A program made the position numbers and the translations under genes. Shown in pieces: positions 58,144 to 64,000 of a stretch of 64,000 nucleotides of DNA (position 1 is the first letter of the stretch; each line of letters begins with the position of its first letter). A model generated the notes under the pieces. The model saw only the letters and a list, made by a program, of their open reading frames with translations. It ran no database searches and was not told the origin of the DNA. Source of the stretch: Ahniellaceae bacterium (GTDB taxonomy: Bacteria > Pseudomonadota > Gammaproteobacteria > Xanthomonadales > Ahniellaceae); the NCBI GenBank assembly GCA_044226395.1, contig JBGAHD010000004.1, forward strand, positions 577,961-641,960, given 5' to 3'.

Positions 58144-59529
58144 TCAGACCTCGGCGCTCATGCCCGGCTGCGTGAGCGTGACCGCGCAGCCGTAGTCGTG
58201 CTTGAGGCGCTCGGCGAGCACGCCGCGCGCCTTGTCCTCGCCATGCACCAAGTACACGGGCGGCCGGCCGTTGATGTGGCCATACCATTCGAGCAGGCCC
58301 GCTTGATCGGCGTGCGCGGAAAGTCCGCCCACGGTGTGCCGCTGCGCCTTGACGATGATCTTCTCGCCGAAGATGTGCACGCTCTTGGCGCCATCGACGA
58401 GTTCGCGGCCCAGCGTACCCGCGGCCTGATAGCCGACGAAGATCACATGCGTGTTCGGTCGCCACAGGTGATGACGCAAGTGATGGACGATGCGTCCGCC
58501 ATTGCACATGCCCGACCCCGCGATGATGATGCAGCCGCCGCGCTGTTCGTTGAGCAGGCGCGACTGATCGGGTTCGATCGAAATCTCGAGATTGCGCATC
58601 TTGAACGGTTGCTGGCGTCGCCACAGCGCGAGCGTCTGTTCGTCGAACAACTCGGTGTGACGCTCGTAGATGTCCACGACCTTGGCCGCCATCGGCGAGT
58701 CGAGCACGATGCGCCAGCGATCGAGTTCCCATTCCTCGTAGTGCTGGCTCATCCAGTACAGCAGTTCCTGCGAGCGACCCACGGCGAAGGCGGGGATCAG
58801 CACCATGCCGCCTTCCTGACGCGCCTGCTTGAAGGCTTCGCCCAGTTCGCGCACGGTGTCGGCGCGATTGCGATGCAGGCGATCGCCATAGGTCGACTCG
58901 AGCATGACCATGTCGGCCGAGTCGATGAAGGTCGGATCGCGCAGGATTGGCGTGCCGCGCGGGCCGATGTCGCCGGAGAACACGAGCTTGCGCGCGTGGC
59001 CGCGATCGCCGCCCCAGAGTTCGACGATGGCCGCGCCGAGGATGTGGCCGGCATCGCGCAACTTCACGCGCACGCCGGGCAGGATCTCGCGTTCTTCGTC
59101 GTAAGGCATGGGCTCGAGCAGGCGCAGCACCTTGCGCACGTCATCGCCGTCATACAAGGGCGAAATGGGCTTGAGGCCGCGACGCTGGCGTCGGCGGTTT
59201 TCCTGCGCGGTGTCGGACTCGGCCAGACGCGCGGCGTCCTCGAGCATGACCCGGGACAATTCGGCCGTGGCGCGCTGGGTGAAGATCGGCGCGCGGAAGC
59301 CGCGCTTGACCAGCAGGGGCAGACGCCCAACATGATCGATGTGCGCGTGCGACAGCACCATGGCATCGATGCGCGCTGCGTCGAAGCCGAACGCGGCGGC
59401 ATTGCGCTTGCGCTCATCGCGCCCGCCCTGAATCATGCCGCAGTCGAGCAAGATGCGCTTGTCGCCCACGTGCACCAGGTGATTGGACCCGGTGACCTCG
59501 CCCGCCGCTCCGAAAAATTCCACGCGCAT
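58144..59529 (-). CDS. MBL-fold metallo-hydrolase with beta-CASP/RNA-metabolising domain (RNase J/CPSF-like)
   Basis: HAHIDHVG motif. beta-CASP region. C-terminal RMBL-like segment. 461 aa from MRVEFFG. Confidence 0.8.
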   Translation of the reverse strand: MRVEFFGAAGEVTGSNHLVHVGDKRILLDCGMIQGGRDERKRNAAAFGFDAARIDAMVLSHAHIDHVGRLPLLVKRGFRAPIFTQRATAELSRVMLEDAARLAESDTAQENRRRQRRGLKPISPLYDGDDVRKVLRLLEPMPYDEEREILPGVRVKLRDAGHILGAAIVELWGGDRGHARKLVFSGDIGPRGTPILRDPTFIDSADMVMLESTYGDRLHRNRADTVRELGEAFKQARQEGGMVLIPAFAVGRSQELLYWMSQHYEEWELDRWRIVLDSPMAAKVVDIYERHTELFDEQTLALWRRQQPFKMRNLEISIEPDQSRLLNEQRGGCIIIAGSGMCNGGRIVHHLRHHLWRPNTHVIFVGYQAAGTLGRELVDGAKSVHIFGEKIIVKAQRHTVGGLSAHADQAGLLEWYGHINGRPPVYLVHGEDKARGVLAERLKHDYGCAVTLTQPGMSAEV

Positions 59530-59659
59530 CACTGTTCTCCGAAGTCGTCCACGCGCAGCATAGCCGGTGCGGCGGCACTGGCGCGCGTGGGCGCGCGGTG
59601 CCACGCTGAGGCCGCGTTGTGACGCGGCGCGCGCGGGCGTTCGCCCGCTGGAGGCGACG

Positions 59660-60169
59660 ATGAACCTGACCCGATATGTCCTGGCCGCGACCCTGCTCGC
59701 GGGGCTGCTGTGGCCGCGCGCGGCGGCGGCGGGCAGTTACGGTTCCGATGCCGCCGTGCCCGATCTGGCCGACGTGGTCACGCGCAGCGATGACTTCGAG
59801 CGCTTCGCCAAGGCCCTGAGCGACGCGGGCCTGCTCGACGAATTGCGCAAGCCCGGCCAGTACACCTTGCTCGCGCCCACCGACGATGCCTTCGATCAAT
59901 TGCCGGAGGGACGCTGGCAGGCCCTCAGCGCGCCCGAGGGGCGCGAGGCCCTGCGCGCCCTGTTGCGCCGGCATGTGGTGACGGGCCTGGTGTCCGCCAC
60001 GCAACTGGAAACCGCCAAGCAAGTGACCACGATCGACGGCGAAACCCTGCCCGTTTCCCTGGGCGATGGCGGTGTCCGCATCGGCAAGGCGCAGCTGGTG
60101 CGCGGGGACATTGACGCGGCCAATGGCGTGGTCCAAGTGGTCGATCAGCTCCTCGACGACGCGCCTTGA
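59660..60169 (+). CDS. fasciclin (FAS1) domain protein, secreted
   Basis: GGAGG RBS. Signal peptide. FAS1 motifs (YTLLAPTDDAF, ANGVVQVVDQLL). Confidence 0.75.
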   Translation: MNLTRYVLAATLLAGLLWPRAAAAGSYGSDAAVPDLADVVTRSDDFERFAKALSDAGLLDELRKPGQYTLLAPTDDAFDQLPEGRWQALSAPEGREALRALLRRHVVTGLVSATQLETAKQVTTIDGETLPVSLGDGGVRIGKAQLVRGDIDAANGVVQVVDQLLDDAP

Positions 60170-60258
60170 CGCGCCCGTCGCGAGCCTTTCACGCGCGGCG
60201 ACTTCATTCCGGGGCCCGCGCTGCGCCATAATCCGCGCCCCTTGTCGCGGATGTCACC

Positions 60259-63108
60259 ATGCAGCGCTTCGCCCCCGGACAACGCTGGATTTCGATCGCC
60301 GAGCCGGAACTGGGTTTGGGCACGCTGCTTCGGCTCGACGGGCGCAATGTCCAGGTGCTGTTCGCCGCGGCCAATGTCATGCGCGTCTATGCCGCGGCTT
60401 CGGCGCCGCTGACGCGCGCGGAGTTCCGCCCCGGCGATCGCGTCAATACCCAGGGCCAGGCCTTCGTGGTCGAGGCCGTGGAGGAGCGCGACAACGTGCT
60501 GCACTACCGCCGCGGCGAGGCCTGGGTGCCCGAGGGCGCGCTCGATGACGTGCAGAACGTCTCCAAGGCCGGCGATCGCTTGACCAGCGGCCGCGTCGAT
60601 CGCCTCGATCGATTCGATCTGCGCCTGTCTGCCTTGACCCGCCGCGCGCACGCGCTGCGGCACGCGGGCTACGGCATTTTGTCCTCGCGCATCGATCTGA
60701 TTCCGCATCAGTTGCGCGTGGCCGAGATCGCGTCCAATCGTCGTCCGCCGCGCGTGCTGTTCGCCGATGAGGTGGGCCTGGGCAAGACCATCGAAGCCAG
60801 TCTCGTGATCGCGCGCAGTATCGCCAGCGGTCGCGTCGGCCGCGTGCTGATCCTGGTGCCCGAGGCCCTGGTCTATCAGTGGTTCGTTGAACTGCTGCGC
60901 CGCTTCAATTTGAGCTTTTCGATCTTCGACGCCGAGCGCGTGGAGTCGATCGAGCTGGAGAACGACGGCCGCAATCCTTTCCAGGACGAGCAACTGGTCA
61001 TTACCGACCTGCCCTTCGTGCTGTCCAAGCCCGGCCTCGCCGATCAACTGGCGCACGCGGGCTGGGACATGCTGGTGGTCGACGAAGCGCATCACCTGCA
61101 GTGGTCGCCCGAAGAAACGAGCCCGGGCTATGCCCTGGTCGAACAACTCGCGCGACGCACGCCGGGCGTCCTGCTGCTCACGGCCACGCCGGAACAGCTC
61201 GGTCGCGCGGGACATTTCGCGCGCCTGCGCTTGCTCGATCCAGCGCGCTTTCACGATCTTTCCGCGTATCAGGCCGAGGCGCATCAGTACGTGGCGTTGT
61301 CGGGCCTGGCCGAAGCCCTGCAAGGCGAGCAAGCGCTCGATGCCGAACAACTCGCGCTGCTGCGCCAACTGCTGACCGACGAACCCGATGTCGAGGCCAT
61401 GACCGCGCTCGCGCGCGAGGATGCCGCCGGTCGTCGCGAACTGCTGCGGCGCTTGATCGATCGTCATGGCACGGGTCGTGTGATGTTCCGCAATCGGCGC
61501 GCCGTGGTCGGTGGCTTTCCGAAGCGCGAGCCGCTGATCACCATCGCGCCAGCCGATAGCGTCGACGCCGCGCGTCGCGAGGCCCTGCTCGAGGAATTCC
61601 ACGGCGATGTCGCGCAACCGCCCTTCGCGCCCGCGCTCAACTACGCCGACGATCCGCGCCTGCCGTGGCTGATCGACTTGCTCGATGCGCATCCGCGCGA
61701 GAAATTCCTGCTGATCTGCCGCACGCAGCCGAAGCTGCACGCGCTGGAAGAAGCGTTGCGCACGCGGTCGGGCGTGGCGCTGGCGCGCTTTCACGAAGGC
61801 CTGGGCATCGTGCAGCGCGATCGCAACGCGGCGCACTTCGCCGACCCCGAAGGCGCGCGCCTGCTGTTGTGCACCGAGATCGGTTCCGAAGGCCGCAACT
61901 TTCAGTTCGCGAGTCATTTGATTCTGTGGGATCTGCCGGCCGATCCGGACCTGCTCGAGCAGCGCATCGGTCGCCTCGATCGCATCGGTCAAAGCAAGGA
62001 CATCAGCCTGCACGCCTTCGCCGTCGAGGGCAGCGCTCAGCATGCGCTGCTGTCGTGGTTCGATCGCGCGCTCGATGCGCTGCGCGCCAGCCCCGAGGAC
62101 GGCCGTGAGTTGCTCAAGCGCTTTGGCGAACGCGTGGTTGATACCGCGCTCGCGTGCGCGCGCGGTCTGCCCGACGCCGGCGCGCAGCTCGATGCCTTGA
62201 TCGACGAGACGCGCAGCGTTCACGAAGAACTGGCCGCGACCATCGCGCGCGGCCGCGATCGTCTGCTGGAACTCGCCACGCGTCATGCCGACGAGGCCGA
62301 TCACTTGATGCTGGCCTTGCGCGACGCCGATTCGCGCATCGAGGACGATGATTTCGTCTTGAAGCTGTTCGAGCACTTCGGCGTGACCGTCGATGAGCTG
62401 GGCCCGCGCACGGTGCTGCTCGATCCCGAGATGCTCACCACCGAGGCCTTTCCGGGCCTCGATCAGCCGCGTCAGGCGACCTTTGATCGCCGCACGGCGC
62501 TGGCGCGCGAGGACATGCTGTTCCTGCGCGCCGATCACCCGATGGTCGAAGGCGCGATCGAACTGCTGCTCGGCAGCGAGGTCGGCAATGCGGTGTTCCT
62601 GATCGACGACTCCTTGCCCGCGCGCACGGCGCTGCTGGAAGCGGTGTTCGTGCTCGAATGCGTGGCGCCGGTGGAACTGGGCATCGAGCGTTTTCTGCCG
62701 CCCCTGCCGGTGCGCGCGATGGTCGACTCCAAGCTCGCGGATCGTCGCGAGTACTCGCCGTCGACCTCGACCGTGGATCGCGCCATGCAGCGCACCATCG
62801 ATCTCACGCGTTATCGCAAGACCTTGACCGCGCTGATTCCGCCCATGCTCGCGCAAGCGGAGAAGTACGCCGCCCGCGACGGCGAACGCGAGATCGCGCG
62901 CGCGCTCGATCGCGCCGATCTGGCGCTGCGCAGTGAAGTCGATCGCCTGCGCGCCTTGGCCCGCGTCAACCCGGCCGTGCGCGCCGAGGAAATCGAGAAC
63001 ACCGAACAGGAACTCGAGCGCCTGCGCGAATACCTGCCGCAAGCACGCCTGCGTCTGGATTCGCTGCGCTTCATCGGCAGCGGGGATTTTCTGGCCTTGC
63101 GGCAATGA
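60259..63108 (+). CDS. rapA: RNA polymerase-associated protein RapA (SNF2-family ATPase)
   Basis: 949 aa. N-terminal MQRFAPGQRWISIAEPELGLG typical of RapA/HepA. DEAH box (LVVDEAHHL). Helicase C motifs. Confidence 0.9.
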   Translation: MQRFAPGQRWISIAEPELGLGTLLRLDGRNVQVLFAAANVMRVYAAASAPLTRAEFRPGDRVNTQGQAFVVEAVEERDNVLHYRRGEAWVPEGALDDVQNVSKAGDRLTSGRVDRLDRFDLRLSALTRRAHALRHAGYGILSSRIDLIPHQLRVAEIASNRRPPRVLFADEVGLGKTIEASLVIARSIASGRVGRVLILVPEALVYQWFVELLRRFNLSFSIFDAERVESIELENDGRNPFQDEQLVITDLPFVLSKPGLADQLAHAGWDMLVVDEAHHLQWSPEETSPGYALVEQLARRTPGVLLLTATPEQLGRAGHFARLRLLDPARFHDLSAYQAEAHQYVALSGLAEALQGEQALDAEQLALLRQLLTDEPDVEAMTALAREDAAGRRELLRRLIDRHGTGRVMFRNRRAVVGGFPKREPLITIAPADSVDAARREALLEEFHGDVAQPPFAPALNYADDPRLPWLIDLLDAHPREKFLLICRTQPKLHALEEALRTRSGVALARFHEGLGIVQRDRNAAHFADPEGARLLLCTEIGSEGRNFQFASHLILWDLPADPDLLEQRIGRLDRIGQSKDISLHAFAVEGSAQHALLSWFDRALDALRASPEDGRELLKRFGERVVDTALACARGLPDAGAQLDALIDETRSVHEELAATIARGRDRLLELATRHADEADHLMLALRDADSRIEDDDFVLKLFEHFGVTVDELGPRTVLLDPEMLTTEAFPGLDQPRQATFDRRTALAREDMLFLRADHPMVEGAIELLLGSEVGNAVFLIDDSLPARTALLEAVFVLECVAPVELGIERFLPPLPVRAMVDSKLADRREYSPSTSTVDRAMQRTIDLTRYRKTLTALIPPMLAQAEKYAARDGEREIARALDRADLALRSEVDRLRALARVNPAVRAEEIENTEQELERLREYLPQARLRLDSLRFIGSGDFLALRQ

Positions 63109-63761
63109 ACGCGGGGCGCGCAGTCGATTTCACGTTGCGCGCCGAAACCTTCGCCGATGAGGCCACGGGCGATGTCGCCATCGCCGAGCGCTTGCGCGCG
63201 GATGGCTTGTGCGTCGTCGACGACTTTCTCGATGCGTCGCTGTGCGCGGACTTGCTGTCGCGCGCGCAAGCCTTGGAGCACGCCGGCGCGTTGATCGCGG
63301 CAGGCGTCGGTCAAGGCGCAGCGCGACAATGGCGACCCGAACTGCGCGGCGATCGCACGGCGTGGCTCGATGAATCGCGCGATGCCGTGGAGGCCGCGTA
63401 TCTGGCGCGAATGATGCGGCTGCGCGCGAGCTTAAATCGCGCGACGTATCTCGGCCTCGACGACATCGAGACCCACTTCGCGCTGTATCCACCCGGCACG
63501 CGCTATGGCGTGCATCGCGATCGCTTTCGCGATGATGATCGGCGCGTGGTGTCGAGCGTGTGTTACCTCAACGCCGATTGGCCCGACGATGCGGGCGGCG
63601 CGCTGCGAATCTATCTCGACGCGGAACGCGCGCATTGGCGCGACGTGATGCCGCGCGCGCGACGGCTGGTGGTGTTTCTCTCCGCCGAGTTCGAGCACGA
63701 AGTGCTGCCCGCGACGCGCGCGCGGTGGAGCATCGCCGGTTGGATGCGCGCGCGGGCTTGA
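63105..63761 (+). CDS. 2OG-Fe(II) oxygenase family protein
   Basis: HxD...H iron-binding pattern (HRDRF ... FEHEVLP) and an RxS-like 2OG-binding region. Overlaps the rapA stop (ATGA). Confidence 0.7.
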   Translation: MNAGRAVDFTLRAETFADEATGDVAIAERLRADGLCVVDDFLDASLCADLLSRAQALEHAGALIAAGVGQGAARQWRPELRGDRTAWLDESRDAVEAAYLARMMRLRASLNRATYLGLDDIETHFALYPPGTRYGVHRDRFRDDDRRVVSSVCYLNADWPDDAGGALRIYLDAERAHWRDVMPRARRLVVFLSAEFEHEVLPATRARWSIAGWMRARA

Positions 63762-64000
63762 GTTCGCGTTATCGGGCGCGGCGCGTTGGTGCGTTCGATG
63801 CGATGGAGGATTTCGACTTCGTGACCGCGCGCGTAGTCGTCTTCGCTGGCGTTCGCGTTACGCGCTTGGATGCGGTCTTCGATGTCGACTTCGATGCGGA
63901 TTTCGATGCGGTATTCGATTCGGACCCCGCATTGCCCTTCGAGGCGACCTTCGCTTTCGTCGCCGACTTTCGCGCCTTGGCCCCACCGCTCGACTTAGCT

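Overview
This is a high-GC (~67%) gammaproteobacterial chromosomal segment. The gene order (leuS-lptE-holA-nadD-rsfS-rlmH, kdpFABCDE) and codon bias fit Xanthomonadales/Lysobacterales; that taxon assignment is an inference from the sequence. Roughly half of the listed six-frame ORFs are antisense or overlapping-frame artefacts typical of GC-rich DNA and are not called as features.

Core content:
- A conserved housekeeping cluster on the minus strand (leuS, lptE, holA, nadD ... rsfS, rlmH). It is interrupted between nadD and rsfS by a ~4.3 kb insertion carrying a secreted trypsin-like protease, an SPFH/band-7 protein and an aberrant tRNA-like locus.
- A complete kdpFABC-kdpDE potassium-uptake operon.
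- rlmJ, a GNAT acetyltransferase, an Slp lipoprotein, a polysaccharide deacetylase, an amidohydrolase, the thioredoxin-TPR co-chaperone YbbN/CnoX, a Ser/Thr kinase-FGE fusion, the queuosine-precursor transporter YhhQ, DUF502, an M14 carboxypeptidase, a beta-CASP MBL RNase-like protein, a fasciclin protein, rapA and a 2OG-Fe(II) oxygenase. Two DUF885 paralogs sit near the two ends of the window.
- Several large secreted proteins: a beta-helix/FG-GAP protein, an NHL propeller protein, and a protein with a zinc phospholipase-C-like N-terminal domain.

Most unusual:
1. A sharply delimited ~2.5 kb low-GC (~48%) insertion at ~35085-37545. It fuses in frame into the 3' end of a membrane-protein gene and is flanked by an imperfect 12-bp direct repeat. 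It carries a tight three-gene cassette: a GHKL/histidine-kinase-like ATPase with a highly basic N-terminal tail, a ~107-aa STAS-like (DUF4325-like) partner, and a small membrane-anchored protein. I treat this as a candidate uncharacterised partner-switching or defence-like module.
2. A ~660-bp intergenic array downstream of kdpE and upstream of a rhodanese lipoprotein gene. It holds about 15 copies of an ~11-bp core GGACACCCA(T/C)G, about seven forward and about eight reverse, with a 137-bp tandem duplication at the centre.
3. The same core motif recurs in the promoter of a CadC-like/TolB-fusion regulator 23 kb away and, in tandem, inside that gene's linker-coding region, where it encodes S/G-R-T-P repeats.
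4. RsfS carries a histone-H1/AlgP-like Lys/Ala/Pro-rich N-terminal extension.
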